Shown here piece by piece: positions 1 through 11,953 of a stretch of DNA of 64,000 nucleotides. The stretch's first letter is position 1, and every line of letters starts with the position of its first letter. Position numbers and translations under genes: made by a program. The notes beneath the pieces were generated by a model that saw only the letters and a list, made by a program, of their open reading frames with translations, was not told the origin of the DNA and did not search any database. Origin of the DNA: Eledone cirrhosa (taxonomy: Eukaryota); the NCBI GenBank assembly GCA_964016885.1, contig OZ024740.1:91574001-91638000 (forward strand), in the 5' to 3' direction.

Positions 1-770
<770 letters not shown>

Positions 771-1640
771 GAATAATTAAAGTAGGCTGTAGTTGCTACT
801 ACTAGCCAGAATATGATGCAAGTTGGCTAAGAAAATGTCCTTAAACACATAGCTGTGAACATGTTATACCAAGTGAAATCCGTAACTAGGGCAAGAAGAA
901 AAAACAACGCGTTTTGCTTTTCAAAACGTAGTAAATATGGCAAGGTAAGATATAGTTTTCTTGATGTATACATAGTTATATAAAGAAACAGGTGAGGGAA
1001 ATAAAATGCTCCGTGATATTATCTGATATCATCAGGATAGAAAGCCAGAAAACTAATTGTCGATAGCAAATTCCACACAGTTGCGAATATTTAATCTCAA
1101 ATAAAAATTCTTCCAAACAGCAAGCAGTGGAAATATGACTACAACGCTCTCATTAACTTGCGTCGTTGAAACTTGTGGTAAAACACAAAACCGATTTTAT
1201 TCCTATTTACTCTGGTAATGTTCTGTTTGAGACACTAAGCATTAGTGATGGTAGGGGAGAACCATAAGGGATTTAGTCGTTCATTTCAAACCATCTAAAC
1301 TATTATGCTTAAGATGATATATTTCACGAACTATTAAGATTCCAGTTCCTCGGAGGAATAACAGCACAACCAGGAGCTGGACATTTCAATGTCACACACA
1401 CACACACACACGCTCATGCATACGGACGTGCTCATGTGTAGCGCTTTTTACAAAACGCTTTTGTTTGCATTTCATGTAAACGCGCGCCATCATCCACTTT
1501 TCTAAAACAAAACAAATCGTACACAAAACGCCAGCAACAACAGTTTTGCTAGAGATGAATGGACATATTATTTTTATCTAAATACATTTTTTCCAATTCC
1601 ATTCCGCCCGCCTCCTTAATCTATATTATTTCTCATTCTT

Positions 1641-1676
1641 TCTTCTGATAAAGGACTAGCGTCCGAAACCTTAAGA
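1641..1676 (+). ncRNA. Degenerate minimal type I hammerhead motif in a probable solo PLE terminal repeat
   Basis: TCTT-CTGATAA-A-GGAC tagc GTCC-GAAAC-CTT-AAGA: stem I TCTT/AAGA, perfect stem II, G8>A lesion in the core. Confidence 0.6.
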
Positions 1677-1748
1677 CCCTATGCCTGCTATATCAAGCGT
1701 TAAACTAATATATACCTTCCACATACTGTACCGATTGTCTTGTTATTT

Positions 1749-2050
<302 letters not shown>

Positions 2051-2052
2051 AG

Positions 2053-2240
2053 GAACGAGTATGACCCCGACGGCTGAGCTCAAGCCGTGTCGACGGCTAT
2101 TTCTGGACTCATTAGCCGTCGAAACGGCTTGAGCTCAGCCGTCGGGGTCCTACTCGTTCATATTACCCACTCTACTACCCCAAGTATTGAATACTTTGGT
2201 GCGTTATGGTCTACCTGGTTCCTTACCACATTTCCTTCGT
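2053..2240 (+). mobile_element. Fold-back repeat (47 bp arms, 2053-2159) plus tail; carries the 3' half of a hammerhead; related copies at 46536 and 61325
   Basis: GAACGAGTATGACCCCGACGGCTGAGCTCAAGCCGTGTCGACGGCTA is inverted against TAGCCGTCGAAACGGCTTGAGCTCAGCCGTCGGGGTCCTACTCGTTC. Shared tail GTGCGTTATGGTC.ACCTGGTTCCTTACCACATTTCCTTCGT then (TA)n. Confidence 0.8.
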
Positions 2241-2519
2241 TATATATATGTAAATATGAAAAACAGGGTTTCTTCTAAAATGAGATGTCCGACACGGGTA
2301 AAAGCTTTAGGAAAAGAAATCGTAAATGCATCTGGTGTCTATAGAGTATATTTATTCATTTACTTTACGGGTTTCATAGTTCTTGTGATTTAAACAAAGT
2401 TAAATTGAAATTAATCTTCCATCTCAATTTACTGTTAAATATCATAAGAACGGTGAAACCGGTAAAATTATTAAATATATATTCTTAAAAGACTCCAGTT
2501 GCAAATTGCATCGCTTTTC

Positions 2520-2561
<42 letters not shown>

Positions 2562-3865
2562 ATATCAGATCAAAAGATGGTTAAAAGAGTTCCAAGTATG
2601 TTATTATGAGCATTTCAATAACAAATATCATCATGGGATAATATATGTTTTCTCATCACGTAAAATACGTAGACATGATATGAAGCTTAAAATACACTTG
2701 TGAGCAGTGAAGTTTTAAATCAACATATGAAAAAATAAAGTAAGATGGATATATGAGATTGGGAAATACATGAGAGGGTAGGAAAAGGTAATGAAGAGGA
2801 AGAAAGAAAATATAGGATGGTGGTGGAGGAGTATAAGAAGGAAGGATGAGAGAGGAGGATAAATAGAGAGAGAGAAATAGGCTTTACAACTGAGAAAACA
2901 TTGTTTTACAGAGAGAAATTAAAAACCGTTGGACGATAATAGATAATTTAAAAAGATTTTGAAATTAAAAGTTAAAGAGGGTTATGGATGTTGATGTTTA
3001 TGATTGAACAGAAAGGAATTAGGAATAGTATTAATTTAGGTTTATGTATTGAAGGGTTTAATAATATGTGCGAAAAAAAGATAATGTATTAATATGTATT
3101 ATTAAAATAAAAGTATTAATGATATTAAGGATATAATGTGAAAGAAGGAGAAGAATAAATGAATTATGAACCTTGAGGAATTCGTTAGGTTTTAAGTTTG
3201 TTTTTATGTATTGTAATATGTAAAAGTAAATAGTAGGTTTAAAACAAGCACGGAAGGAGAGAAGAAAATAGAGAATTTAATGAAGAAAAAATATCTAACG
3301 TCAAAAAGTATATATGTTTACAAAAAGGTTCTAATGGTAATATTATTATATTTAAAAAATATATTGTTTCTATGGCAAATAATGAGGAAAAATAGAAAAT
3401 GGAAAATGCTGTAGTGAGTAATAATATGAATTGAGAAGTAATTGGGAAGTAAAAGTTACAGATGAAAGATTCGAAATTAAGAAAGAAAAAAGGAAGAAAG
3501 GAAAAAGGATAAAAAAGAAGAAAGATAGGGGATCACCACGACATAGAGTGAGTAAATTGTATAATATAATATACTGAAATAAGGTAGAAAGATGGGTATA
3601 TATGTAAAAGATATAAAAGCCTTTGAGAAAAGAAGATTTTAAACTACGTAAGTATTGAGATATTAGTTGTTTACTTTATGGAATATTCTATGGGAGTTAT
3701 GCAAACAGAGCGAAAATAAATCTGTACGTCTTTTTATTATATAATTAAAATTAGATATAATGGTAAATTTCTCGGCTAGGCAGATATTAGATGTTCTCGA
3801 TATGAAGGAATTGCATTGTTTTATTGTGCTACAATAAAACTCACCTCCTACAATATATATATATG

Positions 3866-4467
3866 GTGGCTGCCAACTCGTTTTCGAGTACGGCCACTAC
3901 TTTATATCCATGTAGGAGAACTCCTACCGATGCGTTGAACGAATGTGACTTTTTAGTGCAGCCAGCGACTTGAAAACTCTGGTACAAACACTACACGTGT
4001 GACAATTATTGACACATAGTGCTAGGCCCATGGTACCATGTGACGACAAGTTCAGAGAGATCTCCAGATACAAAGCAATGCCTGTGCCGTGAAGCTTTTA
4101 TAGTGAGCAAAGGCACTGCATAAAGCCAGTCCCACTCTCTTAACCAAGATGATATTTACCAAAAAGAAGAACAAGTCAACATCATTGGATACCATCAGAG
4201 TTGCAGGTGTTATATCAGAGTTTTCCTTCTCCTAGAATTCTGCCTTGACAAAGGCTAAGGGGTCATCTCTCCCGGTGATTTTGGATGGCCATTGACTCTT
4301 AAGAGCTCCTTTGCCCTTTGACAGGTTTTGTTTTTAGTCCTGCAGGATGTCCAAAGTCACCCTCCTCACCAAGAAACCTTGGAGGGGTTGCAAGTTTAGT
4401 CGCCAAGGACCCGACCATGAGACAGGTTGTACTGGGATACATGTTACCAGTAGCACCAACTGGTGAC

Positions 4468-4468
<1 letters not shown>
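3866..4468 (-). mobile_element. Interspersed repeat, probably an RTE-LINE 5' region or RTE-derived SINE; second copy at 26690-27160
   Basis: The reverse complement GGTGCTACTGGTAACATGTATCCCAGTACAACCTGTCTCATGGTC...GGCGACTAAA...AAACTCTGA...ATCCAATGATGTTGAC matches the 26.7-27.0 kb region. The RTE assignment is inference. Confidence 0.6.
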
Positions 4469-4551
<83 letters not shown>

Positions 4552-5097
4552 CAAGTTTACGATTCTGTGTGTCCGCCTAAAATAAGCAAACTAGCGGACC
4601 AAACTCCTCAAAATTACATGTACATATTCACTATACCCTCGGACAAGATACACTTTGCAAAGCAAGGAATTCATTGAAATTTAATTTATCTTATTTTCTA
4701 ATGAATATCAAAAGAGATAATCCATTGTTTTTTTGTTTTCCAGTCTCTATATAAGAGAGTGGGGGATGGGAGAGAGAAAGAGAGAGAGAGAGAGTAAGGG
4801 ATGAGAGAGAAAGAGAGAGAGAGTAGGGGATGAGAGAGAAAGAGAGAGAGTGGGATATGGGAGAGTAAGAGGATGAGAGAGAAAGTGAGAGAGTGGATGG
4901 GAGATAGAAAGAGAGAGAGTGGGAGGTGGGCGAGAGAGAGTAAGGGGATGTGAGAGAGAAAGAAAGAGAGTAAGGGAATGAGAGAGAAAGACGATGAAAG
5001 AGAGAGAGAGTGAAAGTAACCAGCGTTCTTAACTATTATTTATTTATAATTGTTACACACTTTTTAATTATCCCGCTTCCTTAACGTTATTTATCTT

Positions 5098-5270
5098 CAG
5101 TATCGGTAAGTGTCGGACGCCATGCTTTGAAGCATAGAGTTACCTCCCTTTATGATCTGAGTTCAAATCCCGCCGAGGTTAACTTTGCCTTTCATCCTTA
5201 CGGGGTCGATAAAATAAAGTACCAGTAATGCACTGGAATAATTGCTGGCCTTGTGCCAAAAGTAGAAACA
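5098..5270 (+). mobile_element. SINE (Nin/Deu-domain-like core) inserted in the Helitron with a 12 bp target-site duplication
   Basis: GTTCAAATCCCGCCGAGG box-B-like motif and GCCTTTCATCCTTACGGGGTCGATAAAATAAAGTACCAG core; TSD GTTATTTATCTT at 5086-5097 and 5271-5282. Confidence 0.9.
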
Positions 5271-5559
5271 GTTATTTATCTTTTCTTTATTTGAGAGAGA
5301 TAATGGGATGGGAGAGCGAGAGACAGGGAAAGTAGCAAGCGTTCATTAACTTTTATTTGTTTAATATTTTTACACACTTCTTAAATCTCCCAACGTTATT
5401 TATCTTATATTTATTTTTGTTTGCTATTGTAATGGTGAGAGAGAGAAAGAGAGGAGATGAAGAAGAGAAAGGGAGTGAGGCGGATGGGGAGAAAAAGACA
5501 ATAAGAAAAGAGAAAATATGGGAGAGAAAAAGAAGGAATAATCCTTGGTGAGCTTAGTG

Positions 5560-8279
5560 CTTGGATGACCACTATTGAGTGGCAGAAGAGAGATCTTCCT
5601 CACTCTCACACACTAATCTGGTGCAAGGAGAAGATAAGACCAGATGATGTTGATAAGATCATTTCAGCAGAGTTGCCTGAAAACGGTAGTGATCCAGAGC
5701 TCTTTGAAACCATCAAGTCCATCTCATTCATAGTGCATGTGGAGTCATCAATCCATCATATCCCTGCATGAAAGATCAAACATGCAGCAAACATTATCCT
5801 ACAGCTTTTATTCGGGAAACTCGGACTGGCAATAATGGATACCCCCTTTATCATAGGCGTACGTAGACCAGAACACGGAGCAATACTGCAAGCCTAACAG
5901 TTCGAGGAGAGGAGCTGACCATAAACAATTGTTGTGTAAACTTTCAAAAGCTCATCTCAATGTTGAATATTGCAGCTCCGGAAAAGCTATCCTAGATGTC
6001 ACAAAATATATCAGCAAGGGCAGTGACATGGCTACCTTTATTACGGACAAAGAACTCAATAATGGTGGGCTGGATGTGGTCAAACGGTATCAAACAGGTC
6101 GATACATCTCCAGCAATGAAGCTATCTGGCGAATCTTTGGTTTGATATCCACCAACGCCACCTAACAGTGGTCAACCTCGCAGTCCATCTGGTAACTGGA
6201 CAGAGAGTGTACTTCACTGAGATCACTGCTCATCAGTTGGCACAAACATCACATGACACTACACTAACTGCTTTCTTTAAACTATGCCAGAACGATGAAT
6301 TTGCTCGTTCCCTCCTATATGCTGAAGTCCCAACATACTACACCTGGACTAATTGCAAGACCTGGATTCGAAGAAAGCAGTGTAATTTAGTGGAAGGTCA
6401 TGAAGTCAAGTCAAGTGATGCTATTGGGCATGTTTACAATGTCCATCCCAACAATAGAGAAGGTTTTTATTTAACGCTATTTCTGCATGCTATTCGAGGA
6501 CCAGCGTCATTTGAGGATCTTAGATGCTTCAGAGGAAGGGAGTGCGCAACATACCAATAAGCATGTAAAGAGCATGGGCTCCTCCATGACAATGGACACT
6601 GGAAGAAATGCTTAGAAGAAGCAGCAATCACTCAAGTAGCCAGTGAAATAAGCCAATTATTTGCTATTATGCTCACAGTATGTGGAATTGATGAAACTCA
6701 TCTACTCTGGCAGGAGTACACAAACATTGTCGGACGACTATCTACATTTAGCCCGAAGACATCATGGCAATATGTATATAAAATATACCCCCCAGGATTT
6801 ACAATCAAGATCCCTGTTATATGACCCATCGAGTTCAGGCAATGAGTAGCACATCAGCTAACTGTGGGATGCCAGGGGCCGATGAATAAATAAAGGTAGC
6901 ACGAGACATTCTTCAGGAGACAAACTACGATATTCAAGCATTGCGTAAGTTTGTGGATGAAAATCAACCTCGATTGATGGATGTCCAGAAATACGCCTAC
7001 CACATTATCAATAAACATTCAAAATGATAGGGGAGGAATTTTCTTGGCACAGGCAAGACATTCCTTATAAACCTCCTGCTTGCAAACGTTCGCCGAAAGT
7101 AAAATATTGCCCTTGCTGTGGCTTCAAGTGGCATTGCAGCAACATTTCTGGATGGAGGAATAACTGCACACTCCATGTTTAAGCTGCCCATAGATCTCAC
7201 ACGGCATGAACAAACTTTTTGCAACATCAAGAACTGACCCATGCAATATGATAATTTGGGATGAAGCTACTATGAGCCATAAAGAGCAATTGAAGCTTTG
7301 GACCGGACGATAAGAGATCTGAGAGAAAATATTTGCATAATGGGAGGAGTGACAATGGTTCTTGTGGGTGATTTCAGACAAACTCTGCCTGCAATTCTTC
7401 GAGGGACTCGAGCTGATCACGTCAATGCCTGTCAGAAAACATCCTATATCTGGCCCTACTTTAAGCTACTGAGCCTTACAACCAACATGCGAGTTCACTT
7501 AACTGGCCATGAAGGTGTCAGTGAGTTTGTCATTCAACTACTTAAATTGGGAAATTAACTTCTTGAAAAGGACTCCAATGAATATATTCAGTTGTCATTT
7601 TGCCATATCCTTGACACAGAACAAGAACTGATTGCCAGAGTGTTTCCAAACATTCAGACCAGGCAATGTGATCCGAAATAGCTCTGTGAACGAGCAATGT
7701 TAGCACCTACAAATGTTCAGTGAAAAGAATCAACAGTAGGCTGCCGGACATGTTACCGGAAGAGAAAATATCATACAAATCAGTTGACACAATCACTTCT
7801 CAAGTCCAGGTTGTAAACTATCCAACTGAACTTGAACAGTCTTGAACAAGCGGGAATACTTCCACACAATCTGATACTGAACCTGGAGCATCGGTTATGC
7901 TACTTCGCAATCTGGATCTTCCTGTAAAGGCACAAGACTCATCATCAAAAATATGATGCCCAATGTTCTAGAAGTTGCAATCATTTAAGGAAAATTTGGT
8001 GGTGACAATTGTTTCATTCCCAGAATACCTCTGAAGCCAACTGATTTGCTATTTGAAATTCAAAGACTTAAATTTCCGATCAGGCTCAGTTTTGCCATAA
8101 TGATTAATACATCTCAAGGGTAATCATTGAAAGTCATTGGGTTGAATCTGGCAGATCCTGTCCTTTCACATGGTCAACTCTATGTTGGCACAACAAGTGT
8201 TGGGAACCCTGATTATCTCTTCATTGTGGCACCACGGGGCAAAACCAAGAATATTGTTCATCCAGAGGCTTTGGAATGA
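5560..8279 (+). pseudogene. Helitron Rep (HUH/Y2) plus PIF1-like helicase, with many frameshifts and stops
   Basis: IEWQKRDLPHSHTLIW (HUH), AHLNVEYC...KYISKGSD (Y2), RYISSNEAIWRIFG, LAVHL..GQRVYF, GTGKTFL, IIWDEATM, GGVTMVLVGDFRQTLP, FPIRLSFA, SHGQLYV. Confidence 0.95.
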
Positions 8280-8416
8280 GCAATGTCGTAATTCCTTATT
8301 CAATGACAATACACACATATCGTAATTCCCTAGTCATGTAGTTTGCAAGGAATTCCGAAGCCGCAAATTTACTGCATGCTGTTACTTTAGCAGAATATGC
8401 AGGCAACCCGGGTACC

Positions 8417-9241
8417 TCTACTATATAAAGTAGTATTAGCGAGGACTTTGTTGGGTAGAAATAACATCCACATTTCCTTCAAACCCCACCTCACTTTCTC
8501 ATGTATGTATATATGTATGAAGCAAAAAGGAACGGTTCTGTGTGATAACTCGATCTACTAGAAATATTAGCAAAATCCATTTCAAATCACAAACAACAGT
8601 CTTGCACACATACATGTGTGTGTATGTATATATGTATGCCATGTGAGCCACTATAACTGTTAGAATAGCTAATATGAATAGAAAACAAATCTCCCTCAAA
8701 CAAGTTCCTACTGCCATAGAGGCAAACTGTTGGTGAAAGCTACCGTGTACAAATTTAAATATACTTTCCCCGAATTAAAGAAATGTGAAAGTAAATGCTT
8801 AATTCAATCATAAACCATTGCTAAATTTATTATCTTATTTTATTTATGGTTTTTAAAATAGTCTTTACATGTTGTTTGAATTTCAGAGGTTCAGATTGAG
8901 ACAAAGAAAGAAAAAAAAAATGATAAATAATAAAAATCTAAATGTACTTTTTTGATCATGCCATTTTCACTGACAACATACCAAATGATTCATCTATGTG
9001 TAAAGCATGATATATGCTGACTGTAATAGGGAGCAGTATTCAAAATATTCACTACTGGAATAAAATAATATGTTTATCAAGATAATTTACTTTGCCCAAA
9101 CGGCAATAAATATTATGCTATAATCCCTACTTTGGTTAAAATTCAGCAATCATATTTCACTGGTCAAATATTTTGTAATGTGTGCCAAATATATTTTAAC
9201 TTTCATAAAATACCAGGGTATCACCGGATAGCTCAGCTAGT
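8417..9241 (+). mobile_element. Probable non-autonomous Helitron abutting the first one
   Basis: Begins TCTACTATATAAAG and ends with imperfect hairpin ACCAGGGTATCACCGGAT followed by GCTCAGCTAG|T, the CTAG-T terminus expected of Helitrons. Confidence 0.55.
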
Positions 9242-9354
9242 ATATATATATATATATACTGGAGCGAGAAAGAGAGAGTGGGATAGAGAGAGAGAGAGCG
9301 AGAGAGACTCGTGACTCAGTTACAAACGCATCTATTTTCTCAGGCATTATTTAA

Positions 9355-9545
9355 TATTGGCGATGGATTGGCAGTATCGGTAGAGGGTCGCACGCCATGC
9401 TTTCCAGCATAGTTACGTCCCTTTACGATCTGAGTTCAAATCCCGCCGAGGTTGAATTTGCCTTACATCCTTACGGGGTCGATAAAATAAAGTACCAGTA
9501 ATGCACTGGGTATTGATGGCCTTGTGCCTAAAGTAGAAACAATTA
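9355..9545 (+). mobile_element. SINE, same family as 5098
   Basis: Same core and ...GGCCTTGTGCC.AAAGTAGAAACAATT tail. Confidence 0.9.
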
Positions 9546-9661
9546 TATAATCTTTTTAAATTTTGAACAATCTATTTTATAATAATACACCAATGGATGG
9601 ATCCCAAACTTTGCATGGCTACATAGCAATCAATTTCTTAGATGGTAACAGATTCTCTTGT

Positions 9662-9696
<35 letters not shown>

Positions 9697-9863
9697 TATA
9701 TATTAGAATTGGAGCTCTGAAATAGCAATATATATATGAATGTATATATACTGTATTTTGCAATACACTTTATGCTTAATTAAAAGCATTTTGAAGACCG
9801 TATGCTATTGTTTTAGAGTAGTGACAGACTCATTTACTTTAATCTCAGCAAACAAGGGAGATA

Positions 9864-9908
9864 AGCCGATAAGGCCTTGTTTCGCATTTATTGATGTGTA
9901 TCAAGGCT
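9864..9908 (-). ncRNA. Type I hammerhead motif, U3-A8 variant (copy 1)
   Basis: AGCC-TTGATAC-ACAT caataa ATGC-GAAAC-AAGGCCTT-ATC-GGCT. Confidence 0.7.
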
Positions 9909-10355
9909 AACTACCCCCTCCTGTCTACTGAGATCACTGATGTTATATTCTTATAGAATTCTAGTAAATAATCAGGATCTGATTATACAGAGCGGTTGCC
10001 GTTCAGGCAGAAATTAAAAATTAGAATAGGAGCTCTGAAATACCAATATATATATGAATGTATATATAATGTATTTTGCAATGCACTTTATGTTTGCTGA
10101 GATTAAAGTAAGTGAGTTTATCACTACTCTAAAACAATAGCATACGGTCTTCAAAATGCTTTTAATTAAGCATAAACTGTATTGCAAAATACATTATATA
10201 CACATTCATATATATATTGCTATTTCAGAGCTCCAATTCTAATTTTTTATTTTTGCCTGACCGGCAACCGCTCTGTATAATCAGTTCCTGACTATGTTTC
10301 TAGAATTCTATAAGAATATAACATCAGTGATCTCAGTAGACAGGAGGGAGTAGTT

Positions 10356-10400
10356 AGCCTTGATATGCACCAATAAATGCGAAAAAAGGCCTTGTCGGCT
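10356..10400 (+). ncRNA. Type I hammerhead motif, U3-A8 variant (copy 2)
   Basis: AGCC-TTGATAT-GCAC caataa ATGC-GAAAA-AAGGCCTT-GTC-GGCT. Confidence 0.7.
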
Positions 10401-10676
10401 TATCTCCCCTTGTTTGGTGAGATTAAAGTAAGTGAGTTTGTCGCTACTCTAAAACAATAGCATACGGTCTTCAAAATGCTTTTAATTAAGCATAAAGTGT
10501 ATTGCAAAATACATTTTATACACATTCATATATATATTGCTATTTCAGAGCTCCAATTCTAATTTTTTTAATTTCTGCCTGACTGGCAACCGCTCTGTAT
10601 AATCAGTTCCTGATTATTTACTAGAATTCTATTAGAATATAACATCAGGGATCTCAGTAGACGGGAGAGAGTAGTT

Positions 10677-10721
10677 AGCATTGATAAGCATCACTACATG
10701 TGAAACAAGGCCTTGTCGGCT
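10677..10721 (+). ncRNA. Type I hammerhead motif, U3-A8 variant (copy 3, best core)
   Basis: AGCA-TTGATAA-GCAT cactac ATGT-GAAAC-AAGGCCTT-GTC-GGCT; palindromic stem III ACAAGGCCTTGT. Confidence 0.75.
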
Positions 10722-10854
10722 TACTTCCCCTTGTTTGCTGAGATTAAAGTAAGTGAGTGTGTCACTACTCTAAAAAAATAGCATTCGGTCTTCAAAATGC
10801 TTTTAATTATGCATAAAGTGTATTGCAAAATACATTATATATACATTCATATAA

Positions 10855-10961
<107 letters not shown>

Positions 10962-11407
10962 TGTAATGGCAAGAAATAGATTAACTGAAGCAGAGAAGTG
11001 TTGGGAAGTAAAAGATTATAATATGCGTACGTGGTTATTCCTATCGTGTATGGCAAGTTTGTGATTTAAGTAGTTGTATATACGTATTTCGTAGATCCAT
11101 TCAGAAGCGCATTCATTACGATATGCATTTGAATATATTTCTGTATTCACATATTTTAAATAGATGAGATAAAATGTAAAGTAATTCCTTATAAGTGTCA
11201 ATTATTTGAATGTATCATTTACAAATCAAAAATGCTTTCAAAGTAGAGGAGTAGAAATGAAATGTTCTACTAAGTCTTCCATCGATATTTAATGAGAGGT
11301 TGCCTAAAACTGCGAACAAATTCACCCCTCAAGATGACAACAAACATATTCCTGCATATATATATATATATATATAATTATATTTATATGCATAACCTGA
11401 GCAATTC

Positions 11408-11515
11408 ACTAAACTACATCCAGTGGTTGGGTCCAGTTCGACAGTTTTAGGGTTCCGAGGTGTATGGCGTGACACCACAGTCATCATTATTCCCAGGTCC
11501 ATTCATACCCGTGGT
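11408..11515. mobile_element. Fragment of a second SINE-like repeat
   Basis: ACTAAACTACATCCAGTGGT...CATTATTCCCAGGTCCA resembles, from memory, a common octopus repeat. Single copy in this window. Confidence 0.4.
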
Positions 11516-11711
11516 CTATTTCTATAAACCTTTTCTAAAATGAATAAGGACATTTGGATTTATGGGTTTAGTTCATACTTATTATCTTTCCTAGTTGTTA
11601 TACATTTTAATTTTTCTGTATAGACGCAATGCGAAATTCTTCTTCAAATATATGATCTAATTTAAAAATAACATGATTTATTCATATATGCATATACTAT
11701 TAATTTATATG

Positions 11712-11882
11712 ATATTTGGGAGCCCTAGATGGACACACCAGAAAAGGAAGACCAAGGTTAACGTATGTTGATGCCCTAAGGACAGACACCTGTCTGTTGG
11801 AGATGCAGGACATGGCAGCGATAATGAGGGACAGAGACCGCTGGAGAGAACTGGTCCATGGATCTCGGGAATTTTACCCGCC
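11712..11882 (+). mobile_element. RTE-clade LINE 3' end fragment
   Basis: GHTRKGRPRLTYVDALRTDT...IMRDRDRWRELVH is a typical RTE C-terminus. Confidence 0.8.
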
Positions 11883-11885
11883 TTA

Positions 11886-11953
<68 letters not shown>

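Larger units (their letters stand above)
4540..8425 (+). mobile_element. Helitron, decayed and internally deleted
   Basis: Rep/helicase pseudogene inside. The 5' part starts from (TA)n as TATAAAAGCAAG...TCTGTGTGTCCG. 3' GC-rich GGCAACCCGGGTACCTCTACTA terminus. Confidence 0.8.
9703..10853. mobile_element. Retrozyme-like tandem array: ~320 bp non-coding unit, ~1.2 copies on the minus strand (9703-10092) joined to ~2.4 copies on the plus strand (10091-10853)
   Basis: TGTTTG.TGAGATTAAAG recurs at 10091, 10411 and 10732; TTAGAAT.GGAGCTCTGAAA at 9703 and 10021. One hammerhead motif per full unit, (TA)n on both flanks. Confidence 0.85.

Noticed and set aside
2560-3850. Purine-skewed AT-rich block between TA tracts, possibly a very old minus-strand PLE with an ATGATGA...GAAA motif near 2615-2640
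   Set aside because: No protein motif or complete HHR stems could be read with confidence.
5155-5180. tRNA gene suggested by GTTCAAATCC
   Set aside because: It is the box-B-like motif of a multicopy SINE, with no cloverleaf.
9703-10853. CRISPR-like or simple satellite interpretation of the array
   Set aside because: Whole units repeat with no unique spacers, the context is eukaryotic, and each unit has an HHR fold.
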